IMG/VR virus record: IMGVR_UViG_3300025392_000002
Length of the DNA stretch: 64,000 bases
Reading direction: 5' to 3' (one strand)
Origin: a virus
Taxonomy: Duplodnaviria > Caudoviricetes
Shown: positions 47,516 through 55,666 of the stretch, piece by piece
Position numbering within the stretch: position 1 is the first letter of the stretch
Layout of the letters: every line of letters begins with the position of its first letter
The notes under the pieces: generated by a model
Databases searched by the model: none
What the model saw: only the letters and a program-made list of their open reading frames with translations
What the model was told of the DNA's origin: nothing
Made by a program: the position numbers and the translations under genes

Positions 47516-47740
47516 TTACTCTACTATTTGAATGTTGTTAGTGCGCAGAGTTTGCTGTGCTGTTAGCAACACACGGGGCAAGTCTGTTGCAATAGTTTCT
47601 GCGGGCAAATCTCCGCTGACAAAGGCACTATTACGCTGAGTAATGCTTTCGTTTGCGTTGCAGAATGCTACAAGAAGTTTATAGCATTTGAGTTTTTTGT
47701 TGTACTGTACTTTAGCACGAGCTACGCAATTTGTAAACAT
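47516..47740 (-). CDS. Early hypothetical protein
   Basis: Own promoter 47769 and AAGGA before MFTNC. Confidence 0.65.
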   Translation of the reverse strand: MFTNCVARAKVQYNKKLKCYKLLVAFCNANESITQRNSAFVSGDLPAETIATDLPRVLLTAQQTLRTNNIQIVE

Positions 47741-47830
47741 ATGAGTCCTTTTGTGTGTGTATGTAGTTATTATACTGGATTTTGGCAAGAGTGTCAATAA
47801 CATATCTTTTGAAGGGTCTCTCTGACCCGG

Positions 47831-47859
47831 TTGACTGAACTACCAAAATCCAGTATAAT
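47831..47859 (+). promoter_or_regulatory. Sigma70 promoter divergent from the array
   Basis: TTGACT-17-TATAAT. Confidence 0.8.
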
Positions 47860-48052
47860 TATGGTATGGTTCGAACAGCATACACTGGGGATGGACGTGG
47901 ACTGTGCCTGGCAGTTCTTAAGTTAGTTGGTGCCAACTAACTTGCCAAGTTAGTAAGTGCTTACTTGTTGTTTTTGAACGACGAAATTGAAAAAACCCGC
48001 TTGACAAAGTGGGTTTTGGTTTGGACTGGTCCGGGCCCGAATGTTTCCGAAA

Positions 48053-48268
48053 TTATTGAGAATCCCCGGGTATTATTACTCGATATCCTAATGACTCTGG
48101 TGGAGTTAATATATATTCACTAGCACTCGTCTGATCATCCTTGAATACATCGAAATCACTAGTATGTTGACTGTACTTGAACACTTGTATAGTGCCATCA
48201 TCACTGACTGTTATATGTGCCTGATGAGTAGTAAAACGTATAATACACTTAGTAGTGAACATGGCCAT
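48053..48268 (-). CDS. Hypothetical protein
   Basis: 71 aa, GGGAG upstream. Confidence 0.5.
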   Translation of the reverse strand: MAMFTTKCIIRFTTHQAHITVSDDGTIQVFKYSQHTSDFDVFKDDQTSASEYILTPPESLGYRVIIPGDSQ

Positions 48269-48400
48269 CTCCCGGTTGTATATAGTACTTAGTGGTTAGG
48301 CCTATTATTCACCGTGAAATACTCTGATCTATGTGTAGTATTGTGTGAAATAGATCTCCCCACCGTGCTTATAGTAGTCTATACAGGGGTAAGAATGACT

Positions 48401-48874
48401 GAAAAGTGCAGAAAAGTGTGACAAAGTGTGATATTGTGTGACAGAATCGGGATTATGATGTGGAATCAGGCCTGGGGACCATCAGGTTACGGTAGAAACA
48501 ATTTGGAATGGTCTGGCTGAGACAGGCATAGCGCAAATACATACTCGCGTACAGCGGGGTCTTATGCATTCGAGTGCATACCCTCATATACCATCATGCT
48601 ACAGCGGGGTCTATTATACTATATGTCAGCTATATACTAATACACACTAGGAGCGAACCATGCGTGTATACTGTTATCAAACTTGGGCAGACAAGCCTAC
48701 ACAAGAACAGCTTTGGCTATGTAGTCTACATGTATGTGCGTTGCCCGCAGGCTCTGCACGTTTCTATATACGTGAAGACCGTTTATCCTTTGCTCACATA
48801 TTGGATCCCCACATGCGTCATATAAGAAGTTTGGACTACTATGAATAACTGTGCGTATGCTAACAGCGGGGTCT
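48401..48874. repeat. 10-bp phased tandem repeats and three ACAGCGGGGTCT direct repeats
   Basis: GAAAAGTGCA/GAAAAGTGTG/ACAAAGTGTG/ATATTGTGTG at 48401-40; 12-mer at 48551, 48601, 48863. Confidence 0.75.
48660..48848 (+). CDS. Hypothetical protein
   Basis: AGGAGCGAACC leader directly before ATG. Confidence 0.6.
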   Translation: MRVYCYQTWADKPTQEQLWLCSLHVCALPAGSARFYIREDRLSFAHILDPHMRHIRSLDYYE

Positions 48875-48955
48875 GTTCGATATACGCAAAAAAAACGCTA
48901 GCGACTTGAGCTAGCGTTTGGCGAATGCCTTTTACTTACCGGCATAGCGAAGCGT

Positions 48956-49195
48956 TCACTGTTTATGTTGGTATCCAGGTATAGTATCTTCACCATGACT
49001 CTCATACTCTATGTGTGCTTGCCAATCACTCACGTGCATATATTGATTAGTGTTTTGTAATGCCGCAAAGTTTTCAGCGTGTTCTCGAGCTTCTTGTTCT
49101 GTCATAATGTGTTGCATGTTAGCTAGATCAAAGCGTCTTACACGTTGTTCAATTGTACGACTAACTGCGTATACTACCCATGTGTTTACAGCCAT
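48956..49195 (-). CDS. Late hypothetical protein
   Basis: TATAAATA and GGAG upstream. Confidence 0.6.
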   Translation of the reverse strand: MAVNTWVVYAVSRTIEQRVRRFDLANMQHIMTEQEAREHAENFAALQNTNQYMHVSDWQAHIEYESHGEDTIPGYQHKQ

Positions 49196-49321
49196 AATAA
49201 TTACTCCAATTTGTTTATATAGTAGTATTTATAAGGTATATCAGAGTAGCTTCCATAACAGCTAGTATAGCGAGCATTATCCACATACGATATATGAATG
49301 GTAGTTTAAAACGCATAACGA

Positions 49322-49555
49322 CTAAAAGGAGTTACGGTTATATGTAGTGCCAGGTTCACGTGCTCGTTCACAGTAGTATGAGTGAGTATCGTTTGATATA
49401 ACAACGGCAGTTAAACTACAGTCATAGCCAGTTATTTGGCTTACTGTATGATCACCAATTGATTTACCCGTGGTTAAGGTACTAGCTGTTGTTGCTACTG
49501 TATACACAGCACAGCCAGGAGTTACCAGTACAGTGAGAATGATGAGCCATTTCAT
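49322..49555 (-). CDS. Putative lipoprotein
   Basis: MKWLIILTVLVTPGC lipobox-like; TTGACA-17-TATAGT 6 nt upstream. Confidence 0.6.
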   Translation of the reverse strand: MKWLIILTVLVTPGCAVYTVATTASTLTTGKSIGDHTVSQITGYDCSLTAVVISNDTHSYYCERAREPGTTYNRNSF

Positions 49556-49748
49556 ATAGTTACTATACGGGACTTTGCTTATATTGTCAACTACCCAGAG
49601 CAAGCCGAGGCCTGTGCCGTGGCTTGTGAATGGCTAGCTGAAGGCGGGACGAGACTACACAGTGCTCAAAATTTTTCGCTACCGCTTCGCGTTGAGTTAA
49701 CTTGGATCCAAAATTTTGGCGCCGTGCTCACGCACTTGTAAATATATC

Positions 49749-50474
49749 ATGCTCGAACTATTAACTACATACAGACGGCCCGATGGACTTTGGATGTATC
49801 CTTTGGATTCGCCCAACGCTTATAGGCAAAATCTACGTCTGCGTCCAGCTGACTGGCCCTGGCGCACTCTAAGTGTTCGCTATACTACTAATAGTCAGGG
49901 CTATCGTTGCAGGGAGTTTGACTCAATTGACTGGTCCACGAGCATCTTATTCTTTGGCTGTAGTAATCAGTTTGGAGAAGGTGTCAGTGATGAGCATGTG
50001 GCCAGTAGTCTAGTACCCGGGGGTGTTAATTTGGGCATGGGTAGCAGTGATGCACACTTTATGTGGATCAATACACTTAGACTGCTTGACTCAAGTATCA
50101 AGCCTAGAGCTTGTGTTTACATGTGGCCGCATTGGTCGCGTGTCATGCAGATCACACAGCCCAATCAGTGTAGACTTTGGGGGCCTTGGAACACTAACCA
50201 ACCCACAGATTGGGCTTGGCCCTATATTAGTACTGACGTTCATGCTCAGAAAATGACTCAAGCTATACATGCCACAGTCAGCAGGTTATGGACTTGTCCA
50301 GTCATACACTCCAGCTATAGACAGGAAGTAGTTGATCTGTTGGGCTCCGGTTGTCTAAAGATTCAACTGGTGGATTTGGCTAGGGATTGTCTACACATGG
50401 GTATCCAAAGTCATTTGCTGTATGCTCAACAGATACAGGCCCAGCTGGACTTAATCGAACTCGCGGGGAACTAG
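49749..50474 (+). CDS. SGNH-hydrolase-like protein
   Basis: NSQGYR, FFGCS..FGEGV, NLGMG, DCLHMG..SH; TAAATA at 49739. Confidence 0.6.
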   Translation: MLELLTTYRRPDGLWMYPLDSPNAYRQNLRLRPADWPWRTLSVRYTTNSQGYRCREFDSIDWSTSILFFGCSNQFGEGVSDEHVASSLVPGGVNLGMGSSDAHFMWINTLRLLDSSIKPRACVYMWPHWSRVMQITQPNQCRLWGPWNTNQPTDWAWPYISTDVHAQKMTQAIHATVSRLWTCPVIHSSYRQEVVDLLGSGCLKIQLVDLARDCLHMGIQSHLLYAQQIQAQLDLIELAGN

Positions 50475-50705
50475 GATGCCTTCAGCTCTTACACTCTTTC
50501 TCAATTCTACCAGTTCGGGCTCTGTGTACAAGGGCTTGTTGGATATGTCCATGAACATTTGGTAAGCTTCTTCAAATACTGACTCTTCAAGATAGCTCAA
50601 ATTCTTATGGTCCTCCACGTAAAACTCAACCCACGTGCCACGTGTAGCTGTGACTAGGGCTCGGGTGGGCAGGACCCTGTGTTGGTAAACGGCTATTGTA
50701 ATCAT
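50451..50705 (-). CDS. Hypothetical protein
   Basis: ORF with GAGGA upstream of MITIAV. Confidence 0.45.
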   Translation of the reverse strand: MITIAVYQHRVLPTRALVTATRGTWVEFYVEDHKNLSYLEESVFEEAYQMFMDISNKPLYTEPELVELRKSVRAEGILVPREFD

Positions 50706-50776
50706 TATTTCCTCTTGACTTAGGATCATACTTATGCTATACTAAGCCATATTCACTCGTAATTAAGGCTAGCAAT

Positions 50777-51139
50777 ATGGCACAGGCATACAAAGAAACT
50801 ACTGTTTGGGAAGATGGATCCACCAGCATCAATCACACTTACTTGCTCGAAGGAGACAAGATGATTGCTTATATGCGGAGTCAAACGTCAGTACCATTTT
50901 ACTTTAAAAAGCCCATAATGATATCGCGTAGTAAGCGTACATTTGAGCTGGTTGAACCTAATCCTTTTGAGCTAGCGGCTGTTCCGCAAGTTGTGGTAGC
51001 TCAGGAGTCAAATATCAGAGAAATTGAGGGTAGCAAGGGTGCAGTCTACTATCTTAACACAGATAGCCTAACATGTACTTGCCCGGGCTATACCTATCGC
51101 GGAGTTTGTAAACACGTTAAGGAATTGGAGACCGAATGA
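50777..51139 (+). CDS. SWIM zinc-finger protein
   Basis: CTCPGYTYRGVCKH; TTGACT-17-TATACT upstream. Confidence 0.75.
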   Translation: MAQAYKETTVWEDGSTSINHTYLLEGDKMIAYMRSQTSVPFYFKKPIMISRSKRTFELVEPNPFELAAVPQVVVAQESNIREIEGSKGAVYYLNTDSLTCTCPGYTYRGVCKHVKELETE

Positions 51140-51333
51140 GTAATTGGACCTATAGAATCTTAATGACCCTTATGGCCTCCAACTTGGCCATCTGCTTGTA
51201 TGCGGCCTTTACATATGAAGCTCCTGCTACTATGTGTTTGAATGGCTTGGTCATGGTTGAACACCGGTCAGGAGACATGTGGGTTCAAAAGGGCTTATTG
51301 CCCGAGCATTGCGTAGAGGTAGACAAAGATTGA
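51136..51333 (+). CDS. Small membrane-anchored protein
   Basis: N-terminal hydrophobic helix, coupled. Confidence 0.55.
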   Translation: MSNWTYRILMTLMASNLAICLYAAFTYEAPATMCLNGLVMVEHRSGDMWVQKGLLPEHCVEVDKD

Positions 51334-51629
51334 AACGCTTTACCATTACCAAGCTGGATCGCAGGCATAAGGGCTATCAACAGTTTAGCCATTATATAGT
51401 GCCTGTTTGGTCCAGTACCCTAGCTGACAAGGTGCAGTTCTTTGAATGGCGTAATTGGTGTTGGAGCACTTGGGGTCCTGGTATGGAACGTGAGCAGGCC
51501 ATAGAGTTTGGCTCTGATCATTATACAATAGGACGTTGGGCTTGGCACACAGATGAACGTATGAAGCGTCTGTACTTTGCTACAGAAAAAGAATTGAATT
51601 GGTTTGTATTAACTTGGAGTGATCAATAA
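51330..51629 (+). CDS. Paralog-family protein (ends LYFATEKELNWFVLTWS)
   Basis: TTG start overlapping the previous stop. Confidence 0.6.
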   Translation: MKRFTITKLDRRHKGYQQFSHYIVPVWSSTLADKVQFFEWRNWCWSTWGPGMEREQAIEFGSDHYTIGRWAWHTDERMKRLYFATEKELNWFVLTWSDQ

Positions 51630-51853
51630 TGTATCGTACAGTATATAAAGAAGTAGAGATTGACGTTGAATTGGATGACTTTGAAGACGATGATCTCATT
51701 GAAGAATTGGAACGTAGGGGTAAGGGCTTTGAAGTACCAGGAGTTACCCCAACCGAACTGTTACAGACCATTTGGCTTAAACGTAGGCAGGGGCAGGACT
51801 ACCAACAGGAATTGGACGAACTGATCTACGTGGGCTTGGGTAAGATTATATAA
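51629..51853 (+). CDS. Hypothetical protein
   Basis: VDVELDDFEDDDLIEELERRG-type acidic motif. Confidence 0.65.
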   Translation: MYRTVYKEVEIDVELDDFEDDDLIEELERRGKGFEVPGVTPTELLQTIWLKRRQGQDYQQELDELIYVGLGKII

Positions 51854-51874
51854 CAAAATTAAAGGACTAAGACA

Positions 51875-52084
51875 ATGGTTGAATTGACTCAATGGGTAGC
51901 TGTGTTTATTGCATGTGGCCCATATAATATTTGTGCAGTACAGAATGAACCCCAACCCTATTGGAGTCAAAGCGAATGTCAGCTGTCTATTGAAACAGTG
52001 GTGGATGCTAACAAGGATACCATACCCCCAGAGTTTAAACTAGATGGCATGTGCCTACAGATCCATGCAGGGAAACCTATATGA
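51875..52084 (+). CDS. Small Cys-containing protein
   Basis: SD AAGGA. Confidence 0.55.
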   Translation: MVELTQWVAVFIACGPYNICAVQNEPQPYWSQSECQLSIETVVDANKDTIPPEFKLDGMCLQIHAGKPI

Positions 52085-52263
52085 ACGAACGCATAATTAA
52101 AATAATGAAACAAGCGGACTACCCAGCCGCTGAACTAGCAGGCCGTGCCCAACGTCTAAGCCAATTGGTAGTAGAGGACTGCATCCAAATACTCATCAAC
52201 TATGGATACGATGATGCGGCCCAGTGCCTAACAGATGAGTATCAAGGAGTTAATAATGATTAA
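52081..52263 (+). CDS. Hypothetical protein
   Basis: MNERII...LVVEDC; resembles the 52973 ORF. Confidence 0.55.
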   Translation: MNERIIKIMKQADYPAAELAGRAQRLSQLVVEDCIQILINYGYDDAAQCLTDEYQGVNND

Positions 52264-52615
52264 AGGATTAATGGGCGGCTCTGGCCTAAATGTTAATGGT
52301 GGCAACACCAGCGTACCCTATGTTAACCAAAACAGCACTAACCCCATGCAAGGTATGTTGCGTATTTGGGGTAGTGACATGCAGGTATATGATGGCAACA
52401 ACTGGATGAACTTCAGCAGTAGCTATGCCACAGTAGAGCTTAACGGTGATAGCCAGGCATTATTGCAATGGGCACGTGGTGAACGTGACCGGCAGTTCAA
52501 GCGTGAGGCTTTGGTTAAAGATAACCCAGCACTCAAAAAAGCCCTGGAGAGTATTGAACGTGCAGAAGCTAACTTTGATATCCTTGCCAAATTTGTGGAG
52601 AATGATCATGCTTGA
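52256..52615 (+). CDS. Hypothetical protein
   Basis: SD AAGGAG; MQVYDGNNW...NPALKKA. Confidence 0.65.
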   Translation: MIKGLMGGSGLNVNGGNTSVPYVNQNSTNPMQGMLRIWGSDMQVYDGNNWMNFSSSYATVELNGDSQALLQWARGERDRQFKREALVKDNPALKKALESIERAEANFDILAKFVENDHA

Positions 52616-52976
52616 TAGCATATTTGTATTACTTGGCGCTTTGTTCGTCAAGCACTGGTACATTGACTTTGTTAATCAAACCAATGAAGAAGTAGCAGGC
52701 AAAGGTACATATGGCAATGCCCATGGAGTTATGCACTCAATCAAACATGGTGTTGCCACATTCATTATCTTTATGTTGTTTACAGGCGGGTTTGAGTACA
52801 GTATTATACTAGGCTTTATTGATTTTGTTCTACACTATCATATTGACTGGGCCAAGATGAACATTAACCGCCGTTGGAACTATACTATTGATATGCCCCA
52901 GTTTTGGGCATGGTTGGGTGCTGATCAATTGGCACACAGTTTGACTTACTTGTTTCTAGTTTGGTTTGCCATATGA
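52608..52976 (+). CDS. DUF3307-like membrane protein
   Basis: KHWYIDF..Q, HSIKH, HYHIDWAK, DQLAH. Confidence 0.7.
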   Translation: MLDSIFVLLGALFVKHWYIDFVNQTNEEVAGKGTYGNAHGVMHSIKHGVATFIIFMLFTGGFEYSIILGFIDFVLHYHIDWAKMNINRRWNYTIDMPQFWAWLGADQLAHSLTYLFLVWFAI

Positions 52977-53167
52977 ATAATGAACTATTGAAAAAGCTTC
53001 AAGAGCAAGCTCTGTTTGTGGACAATCGTTATGCTTTGCCCGACGAGTTTGCTGACGAGTTTGCCCGTTTAATTATAGAAGAGTGTGCCAAGGTAGCTGA
53101 CCGTGCATGGAACGATGCAGGTACTTATCCTGGCAACTTGGTTAGAAAACACTTTGGAATTGACTGA
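52973..53167 (+). CDS. Hypothetical protein
   Basis: FARLIIEEC...KHFGI. Confidence 0.6.
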   Translation: MNNELLKKLQEQALFVDNRYALPDEFADEFARLIIEECAKVADRAWNDAGTYPGNLVRKHFGID

Positions 53168-53481
53168 TGAACATTTTAAACATACGTATCGAAATAGCTA
53201 GCCCGTTTGATCGCTGGGAGTTCTTTAAAGATCTCGGATGTCTATGGGGTAAGTTAGGCCGTCACTCGGCTTGGGAACTACAGCATAGTTTTTATACAGG
53301 ACTCATTGCTGACTTTGAACTACGTTGGAGCCGTGCAGTAGATCATGCTGGCTTTGAGTTTGGCATAGGCCTGCTGGGCTACGGCATCCATTTCCGTACA
53401 TATGACACACGCCATTGGAACTATGATTTGAATCGTTGGGAAGAATGGGATTACAGTGAGTACACTCAAACTAACAGTTAA
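53167..53481 (+). CDS. Hypothetical protein
   Basis: DHAG...YDTRHWN. Confidence 0.6.
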   Translation: MNILNIRIEIASPFDRWEFFKDLGCLWGKLGRHSAWELQHSFYTGLIADFELRWSRAVDHAGFEFGIGLLGYGIHFRTYDTRHWNYDLNRWEEWDYSEYTQTNS

Positions 53482-53758
53482 ACAATGGCAACGTATACGT
53501 GCCGACTTGCATACAGAGCACCCAAAGAGTGTGTTCATGCTCAAACACAAGATGAAGGAAGTCTTGGGCTTTACTGTACGTGAACACCAGGAATGGATCA
53601 AAGTTGATCCCCAACCAGATGGGCCTGATTGGTTAGACACTAGTCAGGAAGGTTGGTACAAGGACAAAAAGCACGAACACTCAATCAGGCTAGACTTCTA
53701 CAACGAAAGAAAGTATACTATGTTTCTACTCAAATACTCGGAGTACTTAAATGGATGA
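53456..53758 (+). CDS. Paralog-family protein (ends DFYNERKYTMFLLKYS)
   Basis: Coupled ORF. Confidence 0.6.
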   Translation: MSTLKLTVKQWQRIRADLHTEHPKSVFMLKHKMKEVLGFTVREHQEWIKVDPQPDGPDWLDTSQEGWYKDKKHEHSIRLDFYNERKYTMFLLKYSEYLNG

Positions 53759-53963
53759 ACTAGAAAAACTTAAAAAAGAAAATGCTAGGCTTGTAGAAGA
53801 GCTCAAACGTCTTTACGGAGTTGAACGTCCATTCATTTGTGGAACTGCGGGTAAGTTGCAAGACGATGGTATGTACGAGTACATATTGGTTTGCCCAGCG
53901 TATGGAGCAGACGGTATGGCCATGTACAAGAAGTATAAAGATTATTCAGCACCAGGATATTAA
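53751..53963 (+). CDS. Hypothetical protein
   Basis: SD GGAG; ILVCPAYGAD. Confidence 0.6.
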   Translation: MDELEKLKKENARLVEELKRLYGVERPFICGTAGKLQDDGMYEYILVCPAYGADGMAMYKKYKDYSAPGY

Positions 53964-53964
53964 A

Positions 53965-54219
53965 ATGAGCAAAGAGAAACACAAACCCTATCAATGGATT
54001 GATGGAGAAACTGCTGATCGTATTACTAGCCTTAACTTAAAAGACTATCGTGCCTATCTCAAGAAAGAGTTGAAGCAGTGGAAGAAGAATCCCAAGACAG
54101 ATGCAAACCCTGATGGATACTGGATGCATGATGGCGATGTAGCACTTAACATGCGCACAATAGAAGCACTAGATTTAATTATAAGCCACTTTGTGGTAAC
54201 AGAGGACACAATCAAATGA
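53965..54219 (+). CDS. Hypothetical protein
   Basis: SD AGGA before MSKEK. Confidence 0.6.
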   Translation: MSKEKHKPYQWIDGETADRITSLNLKDYRAYLKKELKQWKKNPKTDANPDGYWMHDGDVALNMRTIEALDLIISHFVVTEDTIK

Positions 54220-54449
54220 CATTAGAAGACTTACAACATATTTTTAGGCACCAAACTACAGCAACAGACGACTATATTCCTAAGGATACCTTAGACTATA
54301 TGATATTCGAAGGACAAAATAGAGTATCAGCCAGTTGCCCTGTAAAAGAAATGGAAACACTAGTTGTACTACTAGATAATTTTCAATTTGAAGGCTACAG
54401 AGATAGAACACCATTGTTTATTAAACCAGAGGTTATCGTTACTCTATGA
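54216..54449 (+). CDS. Hypothetical protein
   Basis: ATGA-coupled. Confidence 0.55.
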   Translation: MTLEDLQHIFRHQTTATDDYIPKDTLDYMIFEGQNRVSASCPVKEMETLVVLLDNFQFEGYRDRTPLFIKPEVIVTL

Positions 54450-54670
54450 AGCATGTAGAAGTAGGCATGTTTAAATTGCCCGGCATTGTATTTGAGAAAG
54501 GCGAACTATCCGCCGAACTCAATGAAGAAATGATAGTCTGGGCTAAAGAGGAAGGTGTGGGTATGAGTATGACTGAGAACTTGTGGAGTTTCAAAAAGGA
54601 AGCACACAGGGAATGGTTCATACTCAAATGGATTGATCGTATTCCTAAAATAGAAAAAGAAGCAAAATGA
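54446..54670 (+). CDS. Paralog-family protein (WSFKKEAHREWFILKW)
   Basis: ATGA-coupled. Confidence 0.6.
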   Translation: MKHVEVGMFKLPGIVFEKGELSAELNEEMIVWAKEEGVGMSMTENLWSFKKEAHREWFILKWIDRIPKIEKEAK

Positions 54671-55170
54671 TTATATACTTAGACATGGATGATGTAGTAG
54701 CCGACTGGATGCCAGCGGCTCGTGCCATTGTTAATCGTAACTGGGAATATGGAGAACGTATTCCAGAAGCAGATTGGGCTAAGGTCAAAGCCAAAACTCG
54801 TTTCTATCGCGACTTGCCTATCAAACCAGGCGCACACGAACTTGTGGAATACTGTAAGGATGCGTTAGTTAAAGGCTTGGCAGATGAACTACGTTTCTTA
54901 ACAGCATTACCACACGGTAACGATGTACCATTTGCTGTGTATGATAAAGTACATTGGTGCGATTTAAACTTTCCAGGTATACCTATGTTTATAGGACCGT
55001 ATAGTCATGACAAGTGGCAACATTGTCAGCCCGGAGATATATTGATTGACGATCGTACTAGTAACTGTGAAGAATGGATTCGTCAAGGTGGACATGCCCA
55101 CATATACCGCACATGGGAGGCCTGCAAGCCATGGCTGGAACAGATTCTAAATTCAAAGGCCGCGGCCTAG
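54667..55170 (+). CDS. HAD-family 5'(3')-deoxyribonucleotidase
   Basis: IYLDMDDVVAD, FLTA, K..W, ILIDDR..NCEEW...GG. Confidence 0.85.
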   Translation: MIIYLDMDDVVADWMPAARAIVNRNWEYGERIPEADWAKVKAKTRFYRDLPIKPGAHELVEYCKDALVKGLADELRFLTALPHGNDVPFAVYDKVHWCDLNFPGIPMFIGPYSHDKWQHCQPGDILIDDRTSNCEEWIRQGGHAHIYRTWEACKPWLEQILNSKAAA

Positions 55171-55475
55171 TACAACTTACAGGTCGACAAATGGGCAAAA
55201 GTCATGTCGCTGATTTACTTAAGAACTGGCATCGACATATGAGTGCAAACTTTGTTCCAAAGATCAAATGGCAACACTTGCCAGGACTCCGACTACAAGC
55301 CTACACGGATGATGTAGGACCACGTGGCTTTGAACGTGGACTTAACGAGTCAGACATGGATCCAATACAGGCTTGGAGTGTTGAGTGTAACTGTGGAACT
55401 CGCACAAGTTTTAATGTTTGGAAATTCAAAGACGAAAAACACATGACAATGTTTTTAATGAAGTGGTCATCATGA
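55131..55475 (+). CDS. Paralog-family protein (WKFKDEKHMTMFLMKW); start uncertain
   Basis: GGAGG upstream of 55131. Confidence 0.55.
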   Translation: MAGTDSKFKGRGLVQLTGRQMGKSHVADLLKNWHRHMSANFVPKIKWQHLPGLRLQAYTDDVGPRGFERGLNESDMDPIQAWSVECNCGTRTSFNVWKFKDEKHMTMFLMKWSS

Positions 55476-55666
55476 GACGATTGAATAAAAAGTATTGGCC
55501 GCATATGGTTAAAACAAAATATACAGATGACACGAACCACGAAATATTTGCTTGGTGTCAGACTAATTTAGTAGGCAAAGACCGTTTTAAGCTAGCAGGC
55601 CCAAATGTTTGGTACTTTACCAAAGAGAAAGATGTTACAATGTTTTTACTAGCGTGGCCACAATGA
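55472..55666 (+). CDS. Paralog-family protein (WYFTKEKDVTMFLLAW)
   Basis: ATGA-coupled. Confidence 0.6.
   Translation: MRRLNKKYWPHMVKTKYTDDTNHEIFAWCQTNLVGKDRFKLAGPNVWYFTKEKDVTMFLLAWPQ

Larger units (their letters stand above)
38433..47797 (-). promoter_or_regulatory. Array of 20 sigma70 early promoters (TTGAC[AGT]-17 bp-TATAAT)
   Basis: -10 boxes (lowest + strand coordinate) at 38433, 38828, 39159, 39991, 40616, 40730, 41384, 42090, 42533, 43611, 44028, 45014, 45459, 45822, 45954, 46365, 46632, 47277, 47461, 47769; all spacers 17 bp; variants TAGACA (38456) and TACAAT (41384). Confidence 0.9.

Noticed and set aside
38433-47797. Cassette array as an integron
   Set aside because: GTTGACA does not fit GTTRRRY, no attC-type inverted repeats, no tyrosine integrase in the window.
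48551-48874. ACAGCGGGGTCT repeats as a CRISPR mini-array
   Set aside because: Only 12 bp, irregular spacing (50 and 262 bp), one interval holds an SD-led ORF, no cas genes.
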